From NCBI GenBank assembly GCA_963931495.1, contig OZ007020.1:300001-332000 (forward strand): a stretch of DNA of 32,000 nt, in the 5' to 3' direction. Made by a program: the position numbers and the translations under genes. Under the pieces are notes generated by a model that was not told the DNA's origin, made no database searches, and worked only from the letters and a program-made list of their open reading frames with translations. The DNA comes from an uncultured Alphaproteobacteria bacterium. Its GTDB lineage: Bacteria; Pseudomonadota; Alphaproteobacteria; Rs-D84. Each line of letters opens with the position of its first letter. Positions within the stretch are counted from its first letter, which is position 1. This document shows, in pieces, positions 23,658 to 31,539 of this stretch.

Positions 23658-24271
23658 TAAAAAAAATATTATTTTGTATCTTTACCATGTTCGTGGCGGC
23701 TGGTGCAAATGCGGCGGTTGATAATAATCTGGTGGATGCGGCCGAACGTTATTTGAATTCTATTACTGGGTTGACAGGTACATTTATCCAGGTCGCAAAT
23801 GGTAATCAAGAACGTGGGACGTTTTCAATGCTGCGTCCGGGGCGGGTGCGATTGGATTATGATAATATGCCAGTGCAATTGATATCTGATGGTGCGGATT
23901 TGTATTTTTTTGATCGGTCATTGGACCAAATTACAACTGTGCCGTTGACCAGTACACCCGCCGGAATTTTGGTCAGACAAAATATAGATTTACAAAATGC
24001 AGATATAAATGTTGTTGAAACGGGTCAATCAGGCGATACATTTTCGTTAAAGATGAATCTGAAAGGGCAAGAAGGACTGGGGAATATGACCGTCGTTTTT
24101 GATAATAACCCGGTGAAATTAAATTCTTGGACGGTGGTTGATGCAACCGGGGCAAAAACAGATGTCGCATTTTCAGGATTAAAATCAAAAACAAATTTCC
24201 CGTCTGATTATTTCCAAATTCGGCGCCACAGAACAGTCAGTACCAGTGGCGGTGATGAATTTTATGAATAA
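23654..24271 (+). CDS. lolA: Outer-membrane lipoprotein carrier protein LolA
   Basis: Signal peptide MIKKILFCIFTMFVAAGANA. ...LNSITGLTGTFIQV...GTFSMLRPGRVRLDY...LISDGADLYFFDRSLDQIT matches the LolA pattern (F.Q......G.....PG..R..Y........sDG......D). Confidence 0.75.
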   Translation: MIKKILFCIFTMFVAAGANAAVDNNLVDAAERYLNSITGLTGTFIQVANGNQERGTFSMLRPGRVRLDYDNMPVQLISDGADLYFFDRSLDQITTVPLTSTPAGILVRQNIDLQNADINVVETGQSGDTFSLKMNLKGQEGLGNMTVVFDNNPVKLNSWTVVDATGAKTDVAFSGLKSKTNFPSDYFQIRRHRTVSTSGGDEFYE

Positions 24272-24273
24272 AC

Positions 24274-24591
24274 ATGTTTGGTATAAGTTGGTCAGAATTT
24301 TTAGTGATTTTGTTGGTCGGGGTGCTGGTTATCCCGGCGCGTATGTGGCCGGATGTTGCGCGGTTCTTGGCCCAGGCGGTTACATTTATACGCAAATTAA
24401 TATGGAAAATTACCGATACGTCAGAACAGATAAAAAAACAAATTGATTTAGAAAAACCGATTGATGATTTAATTCGTACAACGTCGTCTGATTTGTTAAA
24501 TTCTGTGTCCCAGCCGATAAAAAGTACAGCACCAAAGAAAAAGGTGCGGCGTGCACGTAAATCAGTGGTCAAGGATGGTGATAAAAAATGA
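24274..24591 (+). CDS. tatB: Twin-arginine translocase subunit TatB
   Basis: MFGISWSEFLVILLVGVLVIPARMWPDVARFLAQAVTFIRKL gives the Tat TM, hinge and amphipathic helix. It lies immediately upstream of tatC and overlaps it. Confidence 0.8.
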   Translation: MFGISWSEFLVILLVGVLVIPARMWPDVARFLAQAVTFIRKLIWKITDTSEQIKKQIDLEKPIDDLIRTTSSDLLNSVSQPIKSTAPKKKVRRARKSVVKDGDKK

Positions 24592-25304
24592 AAAAAATGA
24601 CCATGATGCAACATTTTACTGAATTACGCCGTCGCATATTGTGGGTGTTTGGAATATTTGTAATTACATTGGTAACCGGGTGGTATTTGTCGCCGTGGCT
24701 GCAAGAACTGTTAACAGTGCCGTTGTTAAATGTATGGCCAGATGGTGAATTACTGTACACGGGATTGGCAGATGGTTTAATGATTCGCTTTTCGTTGGCA
24801 ATGTGGTTCGCGCTGTTGGTTACGTTGCCGTTCGCATTGTGGCACTTGTGGGCTTTTATAGAACCGGGGTTGCATAAAAATGAAAAAAGTATTATTTGGC
24901 CGATTTTAATTTGTTCACCGATATTATTTTTAATTGGTGCATGTTTCGCATTTTATGTTTTGTTTCCGTTTGTATTTGGATTTTTTATCCAATTAAACCA
25001 AGAATCAACAGTGCCGTCTGTTTTGTTGCCGGTTGCAAAAGATTATTTGTCATTTGCAATTGGTATGCTGAAAGTTTTTGGGTTGGCGTTTCAATTGCCG
25101 TTGGTGTTGATATTGCTAAATCGGGTTGGAATATTGTCACGGGCGCGTGCGGTTAAAATGCGGCGTTATATTATTGTGTTAATCGTTGTTGTGGCCGCAG
25201 TCTTAACACCACCAGATGTTGTGTCGCAAATTTTGTTGGCGTTGCCGATGTGGGGACTGTTTGAGGCCAGTTTGCTGTTCATGCGTGATGAAAAAAATCA
25301 ATAG
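24588..25304 (+). CDS. tatC: Twin-arginine translocase subunit TatC
   Basis: HFTELRRRILWVFGIFVI, six TM helices, FIEPGLHKNEK and TPPDVVSQ. Confidence 0.92.
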   Translation: MKKMTMMQHFTELRRRILWVFGIFVITLVTGWYLSPWLQELLTVPLLNVWPDGELLYTGLADGLMIRFSLAMWFALLVTLPFALWHLWAFIEPGLHKNEKSIIWPILICSPILFLIGACFAFYVLFPFVFGFFIQLNQESTVPSVLLPVAKDYLSFAIGMLKVFGLAFQLPLVLILLNRVGILSRARAVKMRRYIIVLIVVVAAVLTPPDVVSQILLALPMWGLFEASLLFMRDEKNQ

Positions 25305-25324
25305 TGTGATATTAAATGTTTTTA

Positions 25325-25333
25325 TGATATAAT
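25325..25333 (+). promoter_or_regulatory. Extended -10 element (TGaTATAAT) abutting the nlpD-like ATG
   Basis: TG at 25325-25326 and TATAAT at 25328-25333. The ATG at 25340 is 6 nt downstream and has no SD. Confidence 0.35.
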
Positions 25334-25339
25334 TGTCGT

Positions 25340-26626
25340 ATGAAAAAAATCGGATTGATTTTTACGGCGGTGTTGTCTGGGGTTGTTGTGGCGGCATGTG
25401 ATTTACAGCCGAAAATTTTATCTTTTCCCGATACAGTTGGCGAATTTATTTCTGCACGATATCCAGCATTGTTGGCAGACCCAGAAACGCAACCAGAAAT
25501 ATATAATTCTGCGGCATCAGACTATGGGGTGTATGCGGCACCGACGCTGTATGGGTCGGTGGAAAATACAGACTATGTTGAATATGCCAGTGTTGATGAT
25601 TATATCGTGCCACCATCTGTGACGGCACTGTATGGCGATGTTTCAACCGGTGTGGATGTTGGCGAATCGGTTGTCGCAACCGCAGATACACAAAAATACG
25701 AATATCTGACCGTGCCAATGTATGGCGGTGAAACTGTATTCCAGGATACAGAAATAACGGTGGCGCCCGGGGATACATTGTATTCGGTGGCAAAGAAATA
25801 TGGAACGTCTGTTGATGAATTGGCCAAGAAAAATAATTTAACAGAGCCGTATAATTTGTCTGTGGGTCAAAAATTAGTTGTCGCAACCGTCGCAGACAGG
25901 CAAACGAATAAAATCATTGTTGAACAACAGAAGACAACCACGCGTGTTGGATTACAGGAAATAACGGTGGCGCCGGGGGATACATTGTATTCTTTGTCAC
26001 GGCGATATTCTGTGCCGGTTAATGATTTGGCGGTTATGAATAACTTAACGGCACCGTTTACATTATCTGTCGGGCAAAGGTTAAAAGTGCCGGATTTAGA
26101 ATCGGCACCGATTCGCACTGCAACAGGGACGCCAGTGGCGACATCGTCTGGGGCAACACAGTCTGGTGATGTAAAAACAGCGGCCCAGCCAAAGGAAAAG
26201 ATATCATCAGATCCGACGCAAAAATTGCCTAAATTGACGGCGCGTTCATCATCTAAATTTTCGTGGCCGGTTCAAGGTAAGGTGTTATCGCACTATGGGG
26301 CAAAATCTGATGGGTTGTTTAATGACGGTATAAATATTGCGGCCGCACGTGGCACGGCGGTCAAGGCGGCGGAAAATGGTGTTATTGCATATGCCGGAAA
26401 TGAAGTCAAAGGAATGGGGAATTTGATAATTATTCAACATTCTGGTGGTTGGATGACGGTTTATGCACACATGGATTCAATGTCTGTGCGGCGTGGGGCC
26501 AAGGTATCTGTGGGCCAGAAGATTGGGACCGTTGGCGAAACAGGCAAGGTTGACCAGCCACAGTTGCATTTTGAAATACGCAAAGGAACCAAGGCGTATA
26601 ATCCATCATCTTATCTGAAAAACTAA
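25340..26626 (+). CDS. nlpD: LysM-domain M23 metallopeptidase lipoprotein (NlpD-like murein hydrolase activator)
   Basis: Lipobox VVAAC. Two LysM domains (ITVAPGDTLYSVAKKYGTSVDELAKKNNL...VGQKLVV and ITVAPGDTLYSLSRRYSVPVNDLAVMNNL...VGQRLKV). The C-terminal M23 domain has GINIAA..GT.V.AA..G.V.YAG and PQLHFEIRKG. Confidence 0.88.
   Translation: MKKIGLIFTAVLSGVVVAACDLQPKILSFPDTVGEFISARYPALLADPETQPEIYNSAASDYGVYAAPTLYGSVENTDYVEYASVDDYIVPPSVTALYGDVSTGVDVGESVVATADTQKYEYLTVPMYGGETVFQDTEITVAPGDTLYSVAKKYGTSVDELAKKNNLTEPYNLSVGQKLVVATVADRQTNKIIVEQQKTTTRVGLQEITVAPGDTLYSLSRRYSVPVNDLAVMNNLTAPFTLSVGQRLKVPDLESAPIRTATGTPVATSSGATQSGDVKTAAQPKEKISSDPTQKLPKLTARSSSKFSWPVQGKVLSHYGAKSDGLFNDGINIAAARGTAVKAAENGVIAYAGNEVKGMGNLIIIQHSGGWMTVYAHMDSMSVRRGAKVSVGQKIGTVGETGKVDQPQLHFEIRKGTKAYNPSSYLKN
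25751..25992 (+). repeat. 35-nt direct repeat (1 mismatch) at the starts of the two LysM modules
   Basis: 25751-25785 is gaaataacggtggcgcccggggatacattgtattc. 25958-25992 is gaaataacggtggcgccgggggatacattgtattc. They are 207 nt apart and in frame. Confidence 0.9.
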
Positions 26627-26635
26627 AAACAGGTG

Positions 26636-26673
26636 TATATGCATGATTTTATGCATATACAGCGTTTTTTTTT
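26636..26673 (+). terminator. Rho-independent terminator after the nlpD-like gene
   Basis: TATATGCAT (26636-26644) / GATTTT / ATGCATATA (26651-26659), then CAGCG and T9 (26665-26673). Confidence 0.6.
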
Positions 26674-26725
26674 ATGTCGTATAAATCTGTGTCTTATTTG
26701 CAATTTATGTGGTGTGTTTCAGCGT

Positions 26726-26761
26726 AAAAAAAATCCCACATTGTACATGGCTATATGGGAT
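26726..26761 (-). terminator. Possible terminator downstream of tRNA-Lys
   Basis: On the minus strand: ATCCCA / 17-nt loop / TGGGAT, followed by T8 (the complement of the A8 run at 26726-26733). Confidence 0.4.
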
Positions 26762-26778
26762 ATCAATATTTATATATA

Positions 26779-26854
26779 TGGTGGGCGCGCAGGGACTCGA
26801 ACCCTGGACCCACTGATTAAGAGTCAGTTGCTCTACCAACTGAGCTACGCACCC
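26779..26854 (-). tRNA. tRNA-Lys (anticodon CUU), CCA encoded
   Basis: The reverse complement reads GGGTGCGTAGCTCAGTTGGTAGAGCAACTGACTCTTAATCAGTGGGTCCAGGGTTCGAGTCCCTGCGCGCCCACCA. It has a 7-bp acceptor stem (one G-U), a D arm GCTC/GAGC, an anticodon stem ACTGA/TCAGT with loop CT-CTT-AA, and a T arm CAGGG-TTCGAGT-CCCTG. 76 nt. Confidence 0.92.
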
Positions 26855-27047
26855 GGGTCCAATAATTAACTCTGGTGATTATAGACTTTTTTTCAATGAT
26901 TGCAAGGCTTTTTGTATGGCGTACAGAATATGCCACAGGGCTTTATCCCCAGGTATCCATACCTATGCAAAGTTTACTTATGCTCTGATAGAATTATGGT
27001 GTTGACATGAAAAACTTTGATGCAATTAACAAAAAAAAGGAGAGAAA

Positions 27048-27656
27048 ATGAAAAAGTTAGCAATATCAACGTTGGCTGTGCTGATTGCATGTCCGGCCTT
27101 TGCAGGAAACTATGGCAGTGGCAGCAGCTGGCAATTATTCGGATTGGACCCGTATATCGGATTACGTGGTGGTGCCAGTTATACAAATTTGAATTATAAC
27201 TTTAACAATACCAAAGAATCGGTTGGTGATATGGCGTTCCAAGGTCATGTTGCACTGGGGTTGGAAATTTGTGATACAGTACGTTCAGAAATTGAATGGT
27301 CTATATTCAGCAAAGCCAAAGAATCTAAAGATTTTGGTAATATTGCTGATGTAGAAGTTGGCACAAATATGCAGACACTGTTATGGAACATGTATTGGGA
27401 ATTTGGCGGATATCACATTGTACGGCCGTACATCGGCTTGGGTGCCGGTGTCGCATTTGTTGATATTGACCGCAACGTTCCAAATGTCCCAGGCGTAACC
27501 GACAGTTCAACCAAGTTTTCAGCAATGGGGGCATTGGGTATAACATTTGATATGGAACGTTTCGCTGTTGATATCGCAGCGCGCTATAACTATGTTGATA
27601 TCCAATCAGGATTGCATAACTTTGGTGGTGATATCGGTATCAGATTTATGTTCTGA
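27048..27656 (+). CDS. Outer-membrane beta-barrel protein (Omp25/Omp31-like porin family)
   Basis: Strong SD AAGGAGAG. Signal peptide MKKLAISTLAVLIACPAFA. Alternating beta-strand pattern, with the C-terminal signature GGDIGIRFMF ending in Phe. Confidence 0.8.
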   Translation: MKKLAISTLAVLIACPAFAGNYGSGSSWQLFGLDPYIGLRGGASYTNLNYNFNNTKESVGDMAFQGHVALGLEICDTVRSEIEWSIFSKAKESKDFGNIADVEVGTNMQTLLWNMYWEFGGYHIVRPYIGLGAGVAFVDIDRNVPNVPGVTDSSTKFSAMGALGITFDMERFAVDIAARYNYVDIQSGLHNFGGDIGIRFMF

Positions 27657-27666
27657 TAACACATGA

Positions 27667-27705
27667 AACGGTGTCGTTGGGGATGATCCGGTGACACCGT
27701 TTTTT
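27667..27705 (+). terminator. Rho-independent terminator after the porin gene
   Basis: AACGGTGTC (27667-27675) / 17-nt loop / GACACCGTT (27693-27701), running into a T-tract that ends at 27705. Confidence 0.7.
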
Positions 27706-27831
27706 ACACATGTAAAAAACGCGCTATATGCATGATTTGCTGGGATTCCTAGGGATTCAAACCTGGCGAAAAGCAAGAATTTTTATTATAAAATGTTTTT
27801 GTAACCATAAAGAAAACAAAAGGAGAACTTT

Positions 27832-28371
27832 ATGAAAAACTTGGTCAAAAAAATGTTAGTCTTGTCGTCCGTGTTGGGCGTCGCGGTGGTGCTGTCTGGG
27901 TGTGCAGGGTGTGGTCATAAAAAACCAGCGCCAAAACCACAAATGCAGCAGCAAACAACAGAAACAGTTGTATTCTATCAAACATATGAAGAATCAGACG
28001 TCAGTCGCGTTCATGCAAAAATGTATACCCATAACAGTCGCGGTGGCGAATCCAGAATGGGGTATATCAAGTTCTATGAAACAGATGCGGGCCTGAAAAT
28101 GGAAGTGGATTTGAAAGACCTGCGTCCAGGAAAAACGTACACTGTGCGCATACATCAATGCAGCAGCTGTAATAACGACAGTTTGTGCTGTGATAAATCG
28201 CCAATGCAAATTAATTTGCCAACGCTGCGCATAGAAAAGGCCGGTCGTCTGGAAGAATCATTTATTATTCGTGGACTGACCGCGGAACAATTAAATAATG
28301 CCAAAATATATCTGGAACGTGATGGCGGATATAAAGCGGCATGGGGCACATTGGAAAAAAACATGTTGTAA
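27832..28371 (+). CDS. Lipoprotein with a degenerate Cu,Zn-superoxide-dismutase-like (SodC-like) fold
   Basis: SD AAAGGAGA. Lipobox LSGC. MGYIKFYETDAGLKMEVDLKDLRPGKTYTVRIHQCSSC aligns by eye with the SodC segment G.v.i.Etd.Gl.f...l..LpPG.HGFHIH..GSC. INLPTLRIEKAGRLEESFIIRGLTAEQLNNAKIYLE aligns with dLP.l.v..dG.......l..l.....al.vH. Confidence 0.6.
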   Translation: MKNLVKKMLVLSSVLGVAVVLSGCAGCGHKKPAPKPQMQQQTTETVVFYQTYEESDVSRVHAKMYTHNSRGGESRMGYIKFYETDAGLKMEVDLKDLRPGKTYTVRIHQCSSCNNDSLCCDKSPMQINLPTLRIEKAGRLEESFIIRGLTAEQLNNAKIYLERDGGYKAAWGTLEKNML

Positions 28372-28390
28372 TTTGATGCGCATGAAAAAC

Positions 28391-28415
28391 ATCCCGCGTA
28401 TGCGGGGTGTTTTTT
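28391..28415 (+). terminator. Rho-independent terminator after the SodC-like gene
   Basis: ATCCCGC (28391-28397) / GTAT / GCGGGGT (28402-28408), followed by GTTTTTTATTTTT. Confidence 0.65.
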
Positions 28416-28460
28416 ATTTTTGCTTTAAGAAAAAAATCTTATGTGCTAGCCTTGTAATTC

Positions 28461-30026
28461 GTGTGGGCGAGAAGATTTTGCTTTTTACTGATTTGTCTGC
28501 TTGCGGGACGCGCATATGGCGCGATGGTGATAGATAGTGTCGTTAATGATGCGTCGTTGAATTTAACAGAAAATACATTGGTTACAGGTTCTGGTATTGT
28601 GTTTGCGGATGTTATTAATGTGTATAATGGTGTGGTTATTCAAAATGATGGATTGATTGCAACTGATAAGATTAATATACCAGAAAATTCTGTCGTTTAT
28701 ATTGAAAACAGTGGTCAAATAAATGCCGAATTTTCGTTTGGTAACAATTCACATGTGGTTCAGTTGGTCAAATCTGGGGATGATTTGACACGGCTGGGGG
28801 TGACGGGTAATTTTGATGTGCAGATTGATAGTGCCACAGGCATTCAAATCGGACGGTTGGCCAGTGTCGCTGATGGGGCCGGTAATTTAATAATCAAAGA
28901 TTCAGAATTATTAATTGGCGGGGTAAATGGATATATGTTACCAGATCTGTCTGGTACATCAGTGTATGTTATTGGTGATGTGATTGTTCGCGCAGAATCA
29001 GTGTCTGATTTGATTAATGGTCCGATATTTAGTGGTATTAATGGTGATGGCGATGTATATGTATACGCGAATGACATCAGTTCGTTATATGCGATACAGT
29101 CGTTTGTTGAAAATAATAAACTGTATGCAAAATTGGTGCGCGAAACGGATTATGTAAAAGTTTTGGGTCATAATCGTACGGGTGCGTTTTTGAATTCTTT
29201 GCGTGAACGGGGTAATGATAAAAAGTTGTTTGATATGTTGGATGCCGCAACAACGATGAACGAATTGCAATCTGTGATGTCGCGTTCTGTACGTTTGAAT
29301 CCAGCCAGAATGATGCGTCCGGTTCGTGTATTGAATGATTTTGAATTGATTAATTACAGTATGGATATAAACAATGTTGTTTTTCGTCCATCCGTCATAT
29401 TCATGGATGATTTTCTATCTTATGGTATTAATATTAATACGAATGTCCGTATTGGTAAAAACAGTTTGATTGGTTTGTCTTTCAGTGGTTCAGAAATAAA
29501 ATACAGCGATGATATAAATGATTTTAAGTCTTATGTATATGGCGGAAATGTGCACATGCATCATTTTCATGACAGTTTATTCTTTCGTGTATTGGGTGGT
29601 GTTAAAATCGCGATGTTTGATTCTGGGCCGGTATTGCATGATGACGAGATTACAGAAAATCCACGCGGATTTTTGGGATATGGTATTACAGATATTGGTA
29701 TAAAATTTCTGTTGTCTGATTCTGTTGGGATATCGCCATTTGTTCGGGCTGGGGCCGAATATACAACGATGCTAGATACATATGACATTGAACCAATTGC
29801 CAGTGTTGGCGCCGATGTTGCGTTCATCGTATCGGGCGCAACCATAGATTATAATTATGCAGTGCGTTTTATATCAGAATTTAATGGGGCGTTTGGTATG
29901 ACGTTACGTATGAATGCCCAATCAGTTGCAGATAATGCAGGTATAACCGTAGATACGGGTCTGGTTTACAGTCCAGATTTTGGTTATGGGTTAAGTGTTC
30001 GGTTGGGCGGTGGATTCAGTTTCTAA
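28461..30026 (+). CDS. Autotransporter-like outer-membrane protein (type Va: short passenger plus C-terminal beta-barrel)
   Basis: GTG start. Signal peptide MWARRFCFLLICLLAGRAYG/A. The passenger has a repetitive hydrophobic-polar pattern rich in Gly/Asn/Val/Ile. A helical linker (FLNSLRERGNDKKLFDMLDAATTMNELQSVMSRSVRLNP) is followed by alternating beta-strands ending GYGLSVRLGGGFSF. Confidence 0.68.
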   Translation: MWARRFCFLLICLLAGRAYGAMVIDSVVNDASLNLTENTLVTGSGIVFADVINVYNGVVIQNDGLIATDKINIPENSVVYIENSGQINAEFSFGNNSHVVQLVKSGDDLTRLGVTGNFDVQIDSATGIQIGRLASVADGAGNLIIKDSELLIGGVNGYMLPDLSGTSVYVIGDVIVRAESVSDLINGPIFSGINGDGDVYVYANDISSLYAIQSFVENNKLYAKLVRETDYVKVLGHNRTGAFLNSLRERGNDKKLFDMLDAATTMNELQSVMSRSVRLNPARMMRPVRVLNDFELINYSMDINNVVFRPSVIFMDDFLSYGININTNVRIGKNSLIGLSFSGSEIKYSDDINDFKSYVYGGNVHMHHFHDSLFFRVLGGVKIAMFDSGPVLHDDEITENPRGFLGYGITDIGIKFLLSDSVGISPFVRAGAEYTTMLDTYDIEPIASVGADVAFIVSGATIDYNYAVRFISEFNGAFGMTLRMNAQSVADNAGITVDTGLVYSPDFGYGLSVRLGGGFSF

Positions 30027-31334
30027 AAGGGTATCGGTTACGATTTCGCCGCGCAGTGATGCCTTGTTGGCGGCGGTTATTTTTATGTTCGCCAATTGCG
30101 GTGCGTCGGATGCGGGGATGTTTACAATGCACTGCTGCATATATGGTGTACGATAAATTGTATATTTACCGGTTTTATCGGCCCCTTCGGATAAACAGGT
30201 TAATTCACGCCCAATGCATGATTCGTTAAAATCGCGCTGGATTTCATTTAATAATTCATCCAGTTTGTACAGGCGTTCTGATTTTGTTTTGTCGGGGATC
30301 TGATTCGGCATTGTTGCCGCCGCAGTGTGCGGGCGGGGCGAATATTTGAATGAAAAAGAATTTATGTATTTTATGCGTTTTGCAATTTTCAATGTCTGTT
30401 CAAAATCCGAATCGGTTTCGCCGGGAAATCCGACAATAAAGTCACTGGATATCTGAATATCTGGGCGCGCAGCACGTAATTTGTCAACTATATCTATATA
30501 TAGATTCAGTGTATACGGGCGATTCATTCTTGTCAATACATCGGGGGAGCCGCTTTGTATAGGCATGTTCAAAAAAGGCAATAATTTCGGTTCCGTGCGA
30601 AACATGTCTATTAAATCATCTGTCATTTCGGTTGGATAACTGGATGTAAAACGAATGCGATGTATCGCGTCCAATTTGGCCACTTGGCGAATTAAGTCAG
30701 ACAGGCGATATGTTTTGCCGTCTTCGTCCGTGTATTTATATCCATTTACGTTTTGACCCAGAAAACATATCTCGGTCGCGCCGGTGTTTGCGGCGTGAAT
30801 TGCATCGTGTACGACATCGTTAAACGGACGCGATATTTCACGACCACGTGTATACGGCACAATACAGTATGTACAGCAATGATTGCAGCCTTCTTGGATG
30901 GGGATATATGCCACCGCAGGTGACGTATCCATTTGTGGCATTTCATCAAATTTTTCCAGGCCGCCCAGGTCTATATTAAACAGTCGTGCGTCTGGATTTT
31001 CCAAAATTTCCGGTAATTTATGATAACTTTGTGGACCCAAAACAAAATTTAATTCTGGGACACGACGAAATGCATCCGCGCCCGATTCGCGTGCCACGCA
31101 TCCCACGATACCCATTATGGCATCGGGCTTTTTTTCTGTGCGAATACGCCCCAGGGCACTGAATACTTTGTCCGTTGCCTTGGCGCGCACGGCGCATGTG
31201 TTTAATATAATTATGTCCGCATCGGTGTAATCGTTGGTCTGGGTGTATCCACGGCCACGCAGCATGGATGCGATGCGTTGTCCGTCATAGACATTCATTT
31301 GACAACCGAATGTATGAATGAAAAATTTTTTCAT
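29991..31334 (-). CDS. miaB: tRNA-2-methylthio-N6-dimethylallyladenosine synthase MiaB (radical SAM)
   Basis: MKKFFIHTFGCQMNVYD (UPF0004 domain), the radical-SAM CNHCCTYCIVP and a C-terminal TRAM region (IKITAANKASLRGEIV). Its last 36 nt overlap the convergent autotransporter gene. Confidence 0.93.
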   Translation of the reverse strand: MKKFFIHTFGCQMNVYDGQRIASMLRGRGYTQTNDYTDADIIILNTCAVRAKATDKVFSALGRIRTEKKPDAIMGIVGCVARESGADAFRRVPELNFVLGPQSYHKLPEILENPDARLFNIDLGGLEKFDEMPQMDTSPAVAYIPIQEGCNHCCTYCIVPYTRGREISRPFNDVVHDAIHAANTGATEICFLGQNVNGYKYTDEDGKTYRLSDLIRQVAKLDAIHRIRFTSSYPTEMTDDLIDMFRTEPKLLPFLNMPIQSGSPDVLTRMNRPYTLNLYIDIVDKLRAARPDIQISSDFIVGFPGETDSDFEQTLKIAKRIKYINSFSFKYSPRPHTAAATMPNQIPDKTKSERLYKLDELLNEIQRDFNESCIGRELTCLSEGADKTGKYTIYRTPYMQQCIVNIPASDAPQLANIKITAANKASLRGEIVTDTLLETESTAQPNT

Positions 31335-31336
31335 TT

Positions 31337-31534
31337 TTATTTTTGCTTTTGTTTTTCGGCGCGTATACGTTTTGATTTTATTGCCTGTAAGTGTTTTTGA
31401 TATGCGTCTATTTCTGTGGGGCGCAGCGTTCTGTATGGAACGCGAACTGTGCCGTATTCAACACCGGTTATTGGATCGTCTTTGACGATTGTTACAATGG
31501 AAAAAGTCTGTTCGTCTGACATTTTATCCCCCAT
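31337..31534 (-). CDS. Small hypothetical protein (65 aa) wedged between gatB and miaB
   Basis: ORF from the track (MGDKMSDEQTFSIVTIVKDDPITGVEYGTVRVPYRTLRPTEIDAYQKHLQAIKSKRIRAEKQKQK). It begins 5 nt after the gatB stop and ends 2 nt before the miaB ATG. It has a basic C-terminal tail and no motif I recognise. Confidence 0.5.
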   Translation of the reverse strand: MGDKMSDEQTFSIVTIVKDDPITGVEYGTVRVPYRTLRPTEIDAYQKHLQAIKSKRIRAEKQKQK

Positions 31535-31539
31535 TATTT

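Noticed and set aside
26951-26964. Perfect palindrome AGGTAT-CC-ATACCT upstream of the porin gene, considered as an operator
   Set aside because: A 6+6 inverted repeat at a fixed spacing is expected several times by chance in a window this size. It has no second copy and no adjacent regulator.
26636-27737. 14-nt direct repeat TATATGCATGATTT (26636-26649 and 27724-27737) bracketing tRNA-Lys and the porin gene, considered as possible att-like island borders
   Set aside because: One or more exact 14-mer repeats are expected by chance in 32 kb of AT-biased sequence. The first copy is simply one arm of the nlpD terminator hairpin. No integrase, transposase or phage gene lies between or near the copies.
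27740-27775. GGGATTC-CTA-GGGATTCAAACCTGG, which superficially resembles a tRNA T-arm fragment
   Set aside because: The best stem (CTAGG/CCTGG) needs a G-U pair and leaves an 8-nt loop instead of the 7-nt TTCRANY loop. No acceptor or anticodon arm can be built around it.
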